From the NCBI RefSeq assembly GCF_003918875.1, contig NW_025767290.1:868001-932000 (forward strand): a stretch of DNA of 64,000 bases. The letters run 5' to 3'. The stretch comes from Haliotis rubra (lineage: Eukaryota). The notes beneath the pieces are model-generated. The model saw only the letters and a list, made by a program, of their open reading frames with translations, made no database searches and was not told where the DNA came from. A program made the translations under genes and the position numbers. Each line of letters opens with the position of its first letter. Position 1 is the stretch's first letter. Of the stretch, positions 52,481 to 64,000 are shown piece by piece.

Positions 52481-53623
52481 TGTAACAAACGTTGTGGTAC
52501 GTGTGCTCTCTGATTGTGATGTGTTACGATTCTATAAAGTTTAATAACATCCAGTTTTTAAGTGTATAGTTTCTTTCGCTGAGCAGGTATATGGTTATCT
52601 GGTGTTCTCAAACATTGGGTTTTCGTCAACATGCTTTGGTTTATGACTTACAGGAAACGTAATTTGCAGCAAAGGCACGTGTACATTAGAAGTCGCAGCT
52701 GGCTATGAAAAGAATATTAAGGCACACGTATAGACTTCGTCTCTTTATATATTGTTTTTGTAATATTTTAACTAATCGGAATTTTGTTCCCTACGGGTGC
52801 TTATATCAGTTTCAGAATCTTGCTGCAAATCACAATATTGCTTTCACGATGATGTCATGAAGAAGAAGCATGAAGAATCTGATAACATTTCCCAATTCAT
52901 ACGAAAACCTCTGAATGTGAGTGAGTTAATGAATATTGTTTAACGCCGAAAATCACCGGTATTCCAGCAACACCGAAGCTGTCTGTGAGACAATCACAAA
53001 ATACTAGAACTATACGTCGTTGGTTGGTACAATGACCACGCGATATTGTCGCATGGTGTAATGAAACTGGCTTGGGTTCAAGGCCGCCATGCACAACCCG
53101 TATTCAAGCAATATAAGGGAGTGTCTGGTTAATGTGGGATGAAAATCCGGAATGATTAAGAGCTCAGACGTGTACTACTCTGGTGAAACCCACAAGCACG
53201 GATCTGGTGCTGAAAAACATAAAAACATAATAAAAAAGAACCTGGATTTGAACAAACTATGATAGGTGTCTGGCGTGCTCAGAAGACAAACTTCACAATT
53301 ACTGTGCCCTTGACGACTGGGCCAGTCGTGTGACCGTACCCTGCTCTGCAATCCGTGTTTCTTTAATAATGTGCATTGTACAATGCTCACTTACACGACG
53401 CCGTTTCACTGTGAACTGCTTGAAAAAGAGAGATTACATCGATCGACAAAATGTTCGTTGCCATGACGAAATCGTATTCCGTACACTAAGTTAATATATA
53501 AATGAACTACGTATAACGAATTACGTTATAACGAACTACGATTCTACCGAACTAAAATAAGTGTCCCCTTTGAGTTCGTTACAACCGAACTTAACTGTAT
53601 TTATCCACTTGTGCACCGCTAGG

Positions 53624-53850
53624 ACCCGTGAAGATCCAGGTTAGAATCGGTCTGCAGTAACCCATCTTTGTCGTAAGAGGCAACTAACGGGATCGGGTGG
53701 TCAGACTCGCTGAGTTGGTTGAGACATGTCATCATATCTCAATTGAGTAGATCGATGCTCATGCTGTTGATCACTGGATTGTCTGATCCAGTCTCGTTGG
53801 AATTAGTTGGAATTCTGCTGAATGTGGTGTTAACCAACCACCAACCAACC
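53624..53850 (+). mobile_element. SINE-like family A copy
   Basis: starts ACCCGTGAAGATCC. Confidence 0.8.
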
Positions 53851-54080
53851 ACGTACACCGCTATACATGGAGTGAGTGACGCTCAACACCGCATCACCAA
53901 TGTTGCAGCTATTCTCAGCCAGCCTACACATAAAGGCTTGTCGCAAAACCACTGATCACTTGCAATGACATTACAAAATAGCGTGGCCTTATTTATCAGT
54001 TTATCAAAATATGGAATGTAATTGATTATGATGACCTGGTTAATGTACATGTATTCATCTGTATGCTTCGAAATAATGCA

Positions 54081-54354
54081 ACCCGTGAAGATCCGGGGTA
54101 GAATAGGTCTTCAGCAACCCATGTGCTTGCCATAAAAGGCGACTATGCTTGTCGTAAGAGGCGAACTAACGGGATCGGGTGGTCAGTTTCGCTGACTTGG
54201 TTGACACATGTCATCGGTTCCCAATTGCGTAGATCGATGCTCATGATGTTGATCACTGGATTGTCTGGTCCAGACTCGATTATTTACAGACCGCCGCCAT
54301 ATAGCTGGGATATTGCTGAGTGCGGCGTAAAACTAAACTCACTCACTCACTCAC
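54081..54354 (+). mobile_element. SINE-like family A copy (full length, duplicated internal hairpin)
   Basis: ACCCGTGAAGATCCGGGG...(CTCA)n; imperfect TSD GAAA.AATGCA. Confidence 0.88.
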
Positions 54355-54912
54355 TGGAAAGAATGCATTCTGTTTATGTAAATTCCTGTACATCTTGATT
54401 TAACAATGCATTTGTAAGTGGTTCATTATTCATCAATACGTAAATACCTTGTCTTATGTGGACATGGTTTGCTGCAATGGTTTCTGCAGGTGAATAATTG
54501 CCTTGTACTTGCATGTGTTTGTGACGAGCGAAACTGATGTGGCGGGATACGCTCACCCATATAGTAGTGGTTTCTGTACACATGCTTATAAGTCTGAATT
54601 GTTTTATGAACTATGTTTAGTCAAATATTCTACAGATATTTTATCGCTATTGTTCGTATTTGTATTGTTTCTTTTCTTGTGTGTTTTTCTTCATTCCATT
54701 TGTCAGTTTGCTGTAAACACCGTCAAGTGGACCGTCGCCACACATCTATTTCTGGATCAATAAGATCGAATATGTGGTAGGAGTCAGTTAGTGTGAGACC
54801 AAATATCGGTGATGAGTTATATCGATAATCTCATATAATAAGAGAGGAATATCGATAAGCCCAAATCGTTGCAGTACTAGGAAATAGCCTATTTTCCACT
54901 GATTTACGCACC

Positions 54913-55163
54913 TGAGTGAGTGAGTGAGTTTAGTTTTACGCCACACTCAGCAATATTCCAGCTATATGGCGGCGGTCTGTAAATAATCGAATCTGTATCA
55001 GACAATCCAGTGATCAACAGCATGAGCATCGATCTGCGCAATTGGGAACCGATGACATGTATCAACCAAGTCAGCAAGCCTGACCACCCGATCCTGTTGT
55101 TTGTCGCCTCTTACGACAAGCATGGGTTACTGAAGGTTCATTCTAACCCGGACCTTCACGGGT
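54913..55163 (-). mobile_element. SINE-like family A copy
   Basis: full length; imperfect TSD TGATTTAC.CAC. Confidence 0.88.
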
Positions 55164-55164
55164 G

Positions 55165-55680
55165 ATTTACCCACTAGAAATAGAAGAAACCATAGAGACT
55201 GCTTCATACTTAGATCTAATAATCAAGATTCTCACAGTGCCAAACGCTTTGCACACACATGTATGACAAGAGGAATTGCTTCCACATTTCGACAGTCAGC
55301 TTTCCTATAATTCCGTGCAATATTCCAGGAGCTCCAACCTTTCGGACTATATTTCACAACTTTTTAGATAGACTCTAGCATGCTCTTTGTGGCAAGATTT
55401 CAAAGAAGGTAAGACGGCTCTGGCGGAGTCTAAGGGTCTTTGATCACGTTTACAGCTTTCAAGGCCTCAGTAAATGTTTCAAAACGTTTCGTGGCAGACC
55501 CGTGGTTGACATTTACAACTGACTTGTGTGATATTTCCCCGTGTACTTTGAGCGACTTGGGCTTGAATGTGTTTGTGAAGGTGCAACTCTGATGGCAAGA
55601 GACGCCTACCGTTCAGACACCAGGCGCCATCTCTGTTTTACAGAGATTGATGGATGCTTGCTCATGATATGACCGAATCG
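55165..55680 (+). pseudogene. Penelope-like RT relic 2
   Basis: YPLEIEETIETASYLDL...MYDKRNCF...VSFP...NIPGAPTFG...ACSLWQDF. Confidence 0.7.
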
Positions 55681-57281
55681 TATGATTAACGATATTTTTA
55701 TGAACATTAAAATGTATTTGACCCTCTTCACCAATCAGTTACCAATACACTGTCACTCATAAGTACACATAGCCTGTAATATTGATTAAAAATGTAAAAA
55801 CATGATGTGATGGATTATGCTGTCGCCGGGGAAAGAGATTTTGTTTTGTTTCAAAACGTTTCTTTCTTGCAAGTAGCGGATCCTCTGAACTTATCTGGAC
55901 GGATTGTCTGGGTTGTTCATAAGGAGAGAGTTGCTATGCGGCGTCGGGCTGTAAATACAATTTGGGATAAGTGTTATAATGGCGCTGCTTCCGGTACATG
56001 CATATCCTTTGCGCAAACACCTGGTGTCACCGCTGATCTTCAACGGTCTAGTCAGATCATTTTCACAGCTTTTTTGCCCTCATTACAACATGGAATCTGT
56101 TTCTAAAGACTCTCAACACCCTGTCTATTGTTTTGCACGTTATGTGTTATTACGTTAATAGACGTTACTTCTGTTTATAGTCTACTTGACAATCTAAGTT
56201 GCACAAAGCGTCTTGTTTGTAAGAAACTAAACTCCAAAATGATGTCAGTCTTTTTTAAACTTTACCACTGGATGAATCCAAGGGGCAAGTACAGGGTGCC
56301 GACAAACCAAGAATGATAATCAGGATGAATCTTGGATTCGAACCCACTATCATCAAATACTGGCACGTCCAAAGGCCGCAACTCTATACAGCCAATTCCA
56401 GCGCCTCGGCGGATTGTCATCTAGATACGTAGCCCTATTATGGACATAAATCCGATGACGTCCCAACACAGTACAGTGAGTCTGTTTTTAAGACGTTTAA
56501 ATCGACAATATATTTCGACAATACAACCCGTCAATCCTCACGCGAGAGGATGCGTGGTTTAACCGTATGGTGTTATTGAATGCATCAGCTTTCAAACAAT
56601 GCATTAAGAATAATTGTCACATACTGTCACCATAGAATCTAAATCTACCCACAACCATACGAGACACGACAGTTAACAAGCTACGCGCATTGGTATCATC
56701 TGGTTCCCTGAACTCGCGGTAGCAAGCGGGATCGATAAAACCGTCCGATCAATACTAGCGTGTTCGCATGCTCCTGTAGCAGTGATCGCTCGGTTCTACT
56801 ATAACCATTTTGCTTCGTCTTAATTGGATTTCCAGACCTCAAAGTGTGTTTACAACGCTGTTCTCCAAAAAGCGTCTTAACTACAGATGGAGTGAAAATC
56901 TGCTCGTAGCACTAATATGGTTGACGATAAAATTGAAGGACATCGTCCGGTTTCCGCTCCTATCAGTGACAGCTGCGCGGGCACACACTGACGACAGGAA
57001 GTAGTTCTTGTCGTCTGATAACCCAAGACGATGTTGTGATGACTGGACGTCACATATGCTCCGACTTGTTATATTTCTTCTCGTTTTGTGAAGGTCACAC
57101 AACCCCTATCGCTGACGTCAGGTCGTCCTGGGATAAGCTTATTGTGGCATGGTGTCTCTGACGGCTTCCGACGAGAGAGTATGTTGTGTCGCCGTGGCGG
57201 GATAATCTATACCTGAACTGTGGTGACATTTCCCCGCGTACCGTTCCAGTTCCTTTGCGTGTGACACTGCAGTTCACAGTG

Positions 57282-57782
57282 ATGTCAATTCGGAACGGTT
57301 TACCGAATGGAACCATTTTCTTCCACAATGCCAAAAGTCCCGTTGTTGTGGTCAACGGGACTGTGATACAGCTGCAGATTAAAGAGCCCTACAGAGACAG
57401 TCAACTGAACGAGCTCCTCTATGTCATCATCGTCATTGTTTTCTACGCAACAGCATTGATGACACTCATCATTACACAAATACGTCGACAACGCCGTGAA
57501 GGACAGGACATTGACTACTACGACGAATACCTTCAACGGAACCAGGAGGTAAAACGCACCTGTCAAACCGCTGTTAAAATGATCAAGAAGCAGGACGCAC
57601 CCCCCGTACCCCCAACCCTCAACCTACCCGCTGACGGGGAGGGGTCGGGGACTACATCGACTGAAGAGGATGGTGGGAATGATGCTAACAGAAGCAAGAA
57701 ATTCCAGAGGGACCGCTCTCCAATTCTTAGAGAGCGGTCACCAATGCTTGAAAGCATACCGGACGAGGAACCTGTAGAATAA
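57282..57782 (+). CDS. intronless single-pass membrane protein, 166 aa, KCNE-like
   Basis: First ATG of the 57186-57782 frame is at 57282. Two NGT sequons; no signal peptide; TM LLYVIIVIVFYATALMTLIITQI followed by RRQRRE..DIDYYDEYL; Pro/acidic tail ending LESIPDEEPVE; followed by a long AT-rich 3'UTR-like region with AATAAA at 59261. Confidence 0.8.
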   Translation: MSIRNGLPNGTIFFHNAKSPVVVVNGTVIQLQIKEPYRDSQLNELLYVIIVIVFYATALMTLIITQIRRQRREGQDIDYYDEYLQRNQEVKRTCQTAVKMIKKQDAPPVPPTLNLPADGEGSGTTSTEEDGGNDANRSKKFQRDRSPILRERSPMLESIPDEEPVE

Positions 57783-59439
57783 GTATCATAATGTTATAAC
57801 TTTGTTGCTTTGTCTGTGGTGCTCTGATTAAATCATGGAGTAAAACGCTTGATATCGAGCAATAATATCCTGAATCTCACAGCTTGTGTCTAAAGCTGTA
57901 GCTGCAAATCTAGCCAAATAACGAGGCTGTCCTAACCCTTCTTCCTGGGACCAGCGCCATGAGGTGTCTGGAACCTCGTAACCGATAATAGTTTTCATTA
58001 TCCAGTCCTAAACTGTCAAATAGGATAATCCGGGAGAGCGACACAGCAGACTGGCTGTTACAGACTAGCCTTGGGGTAGAAAGCTGCAGACAGTGAATAA
58101 CAAGTGAGCAGGACAGCCACATCATATTTTCAACAGTTTCCCCATGTAATGGATTTGTCTACATTTATACTCGGATCACAATGTTCATACAATCAGACGG
58201 TGCAGTCATCAGATTCATGATTGAGAAGAGACCTGTTGATGCCATTAAAACAGCATATCAATTTGGGAGTATGCATGTTAACAGAGATTGGTTCGGCTTA
58301 GTGATGTGTGCTAATATTTTCTACGTTGTGTTAATCAACAGGGGTATAACTATATGCACTGACAGAACATTTTATCGATTGACAAAACAACATGGCTGTT
58401 ATGAGGATACCTCTTTGTAGTGCTGTGTGTTGTCACTCAACCTGTCCCATCTACTGGTAGTACCTCAGTGGTAGTGTTAACACGGGTCATTAATCCACAA
58501 GTTAAACAGAATTCTTTCTCAGCGCCAAATTACCATCTGTAAATGAAACTTCTTGCATTGTTAATTAACAAATTCCAAATATTACTGGCTACATATTAAT
58601 TACACTGATGTTGTGATAACATGTTGGCGAGGTCACCATTTTCTTGAAATCGAAATGCAGAAGATTCTCAAAATATTAAATATAAAAATATAAAATATTT
58701 ATCAATTTATATCTCTACTTTTTATAGCGGTGATTATGATGCCCCTATGTTTTTAATATTATTAACATTGATATTTGAATAGCACGTTGGAAAGGTCACT
58801 ATTTTTATAATTGAAATTGAACAGAAAATGAATGGCTCTTAATCAATGCTCTTCATCAAAGTAAAACAACAGTGATCATGATGTCCCCGTGTTTTTATAG
58901 CTGTAATATATTTCCTATGAAAACACAAAACTGAAGAACGTTTATTTTGTATAACGGTCCTATATTTTTCAACATTTCTGGTACCGTTACATGCATATTA
59001 CAGATATGTTACAGAGTATTTCATCATTTGATTACAATACTTATAAATAGAAAACATATAATTGCATGAAACTGGAACTGAAAATTACTCGACCACATTG
59101 ACGTGATTTAATGTCACTGTGTGAAAAGCATGTTATTTTAAACACAATTAAATTCAATTGATATGTGAAAAGAAAGCTCTGTCTGTTTTAGATTTGAGCT
59201 TTTAGTGTTGTAAATCTATTCAACTGAACCATTTTGTCAAGTGGTACTGCATTGTAATATAATAAATTATATAACAACGTCCATTTCAGAGACACTGTTG
59301 TGTTTCAAAAATGCCAGCTAGAGAAATCAATACAAATAATTTGATCTTCGTTACCGAAATGAATATATTTACATAATATTATGCTTCTTTGTATGCCATT
59401 GTCTTTATGGCGAAAATGAAACACATAAATGTTCAGGTA

Positions 59440-59780
59440 TTTATGTCATACCAGATCAGAACTATACTTCAGATTGAATCTTGTTGACCTTTCAAAGAGC
59501 TCATACGGCTCTTGCTGAGAAATTGTTTGATCAAGGTTACAATATTCAAGGGTTCAGTAAAGCTTTCAAAATTTATTGTTAGACATGTGGAGGATGTTTC
59601 CAAATATAGGTCAACAGTGACAAAAGTGATGTTTGATGCGATTCCTTATTTCTGCTTTAACCGTATGTTCATGGGTTTGTATTCTATAAAGAATTGAGTT
59701 GCACTTGCATGTGTTTGTGCCTGGTGAAACCGGTGAGTCAGGATACGCTCATACAAATGGACATGCTTATGATGCAGTCG
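59440..59780 (+). pseudogene. Penelope-like element C-terminal relic 3
   Basis: FQRAHTALAEKLFDQGY....FSKAFK...RHVEDVSKY; the adjacent non-coding block 59697-59770 is homologous to 54503-54590. Confidence 0.55.
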
Positions 59781-59981
59781 GAATCTTACGATCGACTCTA
59801 CTTTTGGTAGAGATCCACCATGTGTGTGGAGAGAGGTGTTTAGGTTTTATCTTACATGAAAATTGCCACCAAATTCACCTGGACCACCGTTATTAAGCAC
59901 AAAGCAAGTTACCGAGTGTATTCAATCAATCTTGTAAATGTCTTAACACTTAACATCCTGAACCCTTCTGAAAGATAGGAA

Positions 59982-60143
59982 GGGGCGGGGGGTAGCCAAG
60001 TGGGTAAGGCGTTTGCTCGTCACGCCGAAGACCCGGGTTCGAATCACCACATGGGCACAATATGTGAAGCCCGTTTCTGGTGGCCCCCGCCGTGATATTG
60101 CGGGAATATTGCTCAAAGCGGCGTAAAACTAAACTCACTCACT
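59982..60143 (+). mobile_element. SINE family B copy
   Basis: tRNA-like head and CTCACTCAC tail. Confidence 0.85.
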
Positions 60144-62112
60144 GAAAAATAAGATGATCTGAAGTTTAGAATCATGCTATTAGTACTTCTTTGGTTGTAA
60201 ATTTATTTATTATTTAAATTCGAATACCGTCATGGTGGCTAATTTTATGTTGCGAAAGTCCTCTTGTTCATAATGCATACAGTTTCAAACCCAGCTGTAA
60301 TGAAAAGGTCAATCAAACTATAAACGTCCTAAGGAGAAACCATATTTGTTGTAATGCATAAGTATGTAAGTACAGAATAAAATGGCTTGATTGGTTAAAT
60401 GGGATTTATGTTAAAAGTTATCTCCTGGATTGTCTGCAACGAATGAAGACTTCACACCCACCTTGGTTATCTTGTTTACTTCTGAGTTTATATGATATGA
60501 TGTTTGCGAACACTGATCATACTGTATGAACGGAATTGTTTGTGAGTTGTCTTTGTAAAGCACGATACTCGTTAAGTGGCACGAACACAGACTTCATCGT
60601 TTTAAATACATGACATGTTTGTATGGATAACAACTTCATTTTATTGTTTATACGACGTTTCAGAGCTACTTCTTGTCATTTCAAAAGGTTAATGAAGCTA
60701 ATTTTCGCCCATTCATAAGGTGAATGAACCAATTCTTGCACCTACAGCAGGAGCAACGATTAGCTCTGAATTGTTATCCAAATGTTTTAGCGTCACAGTC
60801 TCCAGCCTTTCGCTAACCACAAGTCTATGTCCAAATTCACGAATGCACCTTTCATATGCATGATTTTAATGATTTCTAACATTATTGTCCTAGAAGAACA
60901 CCAGGGACGTTTTCTGAGTTCCATGTATAGTTTGTTCAGAAACAAATTAAGAATCAAAATTCGCTGATATATTACCTCTCAAGGAGAAGAAACGGTTAAC
61001 AATTGGCGCCTCATTGCAAACAAGCGATGTTGAAATATCAACACACATATTATTACAAAAACGATGGCTCCTTTAGTAGGGCTGCAACAATTTTAGAAGA
61101 GATAAAGTATTCATTCAAGATACTTTGCAGTTACCATTTTGATTAAATGATATTAAGCTAGTTAGGATCTGTTTCGTTTGTGATGACATTTTGGACTGAT
61201 TCTCTCATTTCAATTTCAACTCGTTTACTTTAAAATAATAAGGCAAAGGAACTTTATACATATGTTTGCTGGTGTGCAACAATAAAACAAACGAGGAATA
61301 GCTAGCTAATCAATGGTGATGTATTTCATATGGATGTTGAATTTCTATTTTGGCCCTTCAATCATATCAATGTTTCTGCAACTGTTTCTACCAGGTAGTG
61401 TCTTCAGAACGTTTGTAATTGTTTTTTTCTTCAAATCCAATTTTGATGTATATAATTTCTTTCCCGATTAAGCAAAAGATACTTCCCCTCCTCACGAAAC
61501 ACCCACCTGGTGTCAGTGTTTCCTGTAATCCTTGCCACAACTTTGGTACTGATTGCCTTTTGCGCCCATTATAACTCATATGTGACAGTCGCAATATAAC
61601 TGGGAATGGCACGCACACGCACACGCACACGCACACGCACACGAAGTGTCGTAGATGGTTCAAGTCATGTGAATTATTTTATGAGCCAGACAGTGACAGG
61701 GTACAACTTAAAAGAGTATTCAAGTTATATCCAGTGTGCAGAAGGACATGTGTGATACAGTTTGGCTGAAACATCTCGGTGGGATTCGAACCTGCTATCA
61801 ATGGTCATACTGTTACCTATAATCAATATGATAAAAGTGTTATATTTGGGATTACACTTAGATACTCCAAGTCAGGCTTATTCACAGCTAATTATAATTT
61901 CTCGTGTAGGTGGGGTGGGGTGTTGAGTCCCATGCTCTGATCATGACTTACACTTGTAAGGATCTCTATATACCTTGTATTTTACAAGAAAAAGTTTCCC
62001 AAATATGAAATATGTTTACCACTTTCTAAAAGGCATTGTGTGTTCATACCTTCGGCCATGGGAGTCTTGTCAGTTTGCCCTTGTTAGGGGGTACACAAAG
62101 TACATGATCTAG

Positions 62113-62555
62113 ACTATAGTCCGTTTGGCTCAAAATCGGACCGATGAATTGCAATCTAACTCGAAAACTAATAAACATATACTACTCAATGAAACGCTGA
62201 TCATAATTAAAACGTCAGACCAACTATGTGAGGTTTTTGCAGAATTTATATCCAAAAAATTAAAAAGTTGTTTAACAAACTATCATTTAGATTTTGACAC
62301 AGTTCACTATTTCTTACGAGGGAGGAGTGCAGAGAAAGGGACAGCCAGGTGTGCGAGAAAGGATGGATAGATAGTTAGTTAATGATAGTTTGTTAAACAA
62401 GTTTTTTATTTTTAGGATGTTAATTCTGCAAAAACCTCACATAGTTGGTCTGACGTTTTAATTATGATCAGTGTTTCATTGAGTATTATATGTTTATTAG
62501 TTTTCGAGTTAGATTGCAATTCATCGGTCCGCTTTTGAGCCAAACGGACTATAGT
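62113..62555. mobile_element. long-TIR foldback MITE
   Basis: Inverted arms of about 170 bp: ACTATAGTCCGTTTGGCTCAAAA...ACAAACTATCATT / AATGATAGTTTGT...TTTTGAGCCAAACGGACTATAGT. One arm plus the internal part also occurs at about 34930-35256. Confidence 0.85.
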
Positions 62556-64000
62556 ACAATTGAATGCAGGTTGCTATACAAGTACAATTATCATGCACAC
62601 GACGTTAAATCCTATAGCACCTCATCCCTTTCCACAACACTCTCGAGGATAAAGACAAATGAGGGGAGGAAGACTTTTGCAAAAACTTATTTTTTTCGAG
62701 ATTTGAAATTGTTTCCGGTTTACCTTAATATCATGATACTGGGAACTCGTAATTCAGAAATTAACTGTCTCGTGGCGACGAATTAATCATTCTAGAGTTG
62801 TCACACTAACTCGGTTATCAGACATAATGAGGTATAATCAGACAAGCACACGTCTATGTTCATTGTAACTAACAACCACACAGTGTCCGACACTCTTTGT
62901 TTAACGAAAGCTGAAACAGCTGAAGTGTCAATAGCTCCGTGTCTCAGACATATCGTGACATGTTGATTCGGCCAGCTATTCCATGTCGTGTTTGACCGGA
63001 GATCGTGCAAGGACAAAATCAATACTCATTTCTATCATGGTGGGAAGCCCTACATGTAACGCGGTGTGTTATCGATCCGTAGTTGACGTTGTTGCGCTGC
63101 CCATGTCGCCAACGTCTTTTCTCCATCCTCCCAAGCCTAATAGACACAGGTAATTCGCTGCACCGTAAAATGTGAGCAGAGCAACAGGGGGTTCACACAG
63201 CACTCAATATAATTGCCACCATACAACCATAAATCTCGCTCAAAGAAAACCTAGGAAAATGTAGCAGTGAGGGATTGAGAGTTAAAAATATACTCAAAGA
63301 AAAATGTTTCTGACCAATTCTTTATTAAATATATGATGGAGACGAATTAACTTTTCTCCTGTCCTTGAAGATTGAACGTCTGTCCATGTTTCATTTAGCT
63401 GCAATTTTAACCAGAGCAAAAACATGTTCTCAGGTTTTGAAAGTTTGATTTTTTTCAATACAAAGTATGATGGTATTTAAATAATGTATTTTCAAGTTTT
63501 GCTTTATGTTATTTATTTACAACGATTTGAAAAAAAGAACAGACACTTTTAGAATTTACTAATTCTGTGTGATCAAAACTGCTTTAAGCAACCAAGAGGG
63601 AAGATATGTAGATCATACTGGGAAAACAATTTCCAATTTGTAGGTTAAAAATATTCCAAATATGTTCAAAGAATATATAAATATCTATCAAGAAAGATGG
63701 TTACTTTTGCTGATTCGTATACGTAGGCTAGAAAAAATCATATATCCTTGTCTTTGTGTCTATAACTTGCATCACGGCTGGGCTGGTTGATGAGGGAAGA
63801 AAGCCCGAGATGATGTAAACCAGACTTGTTTGCCACCACGAACAGTGCCGAGTGTCTTTTGAAATCAACACGACCCGATTAGGTTCAAAATGCCAAGATT
63901 TACCTAGTATTTTTAACTTATGTCGTCAAATATTTACTATTTGTTATTAAAGGACGCTGGGGGATCCTCCCTTACAATCCAAAATCAATTATGCATTCTT

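Noticed and set aside
57186-57281. GTG-initiated N-terminal extension of the 57-kb ORF
   Set aside because: A eukaryotic gene would most likely start at the first ATG (57282); an upstream exon spliced at TTCACAG cannot be excluded.

Overview
Eukaryotic, AT-rich and repeat-dense genomic DNA with four assembly gaps. The SINE repertoire suggests a gastropod mollusc, possibly abalone; this is an inference. Only three host coding segments are supportable. One is the first coding exon of a rhodopsin-class (neuropeptide-type) GPCR (10098-9732, minus). The other two are intronless, divergently oriented ORFs for single-pass membrane proteins without signal peptides (41802-42701 minus; 57282-57782 plus). 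Both carry N-terminal N-glycosylation sequons and a TM plus basic juxtamembrane segment that aligns without gaps to vertebrate KCNE (MinK/MiRP) K+ channel beta-subunits, as I recall those sequences. This candidate invertebrate KCNE-like pair is the most interesting signal; one member also ends in a GRFNV (SPAK/OSR1-docking-type) motif. The rest is mobile DNA: a near-intact DD34E Tc1 element with a single nonsense codon, two decayed Tc1s, and an R4/Dong-like RLE retrotransposon inserted in the (TAA)n tail of an L2 relic, with an older second copy. There are also three Penelope-like RT relics, at least five SINE-like families, hAT-type and hairpin MITEs, and a 68-bp minisatellite. One SINE-like family has a covarying, pseudoknotted 5' RNA structure. 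All homology calls are from motif recognition; no searches were run.
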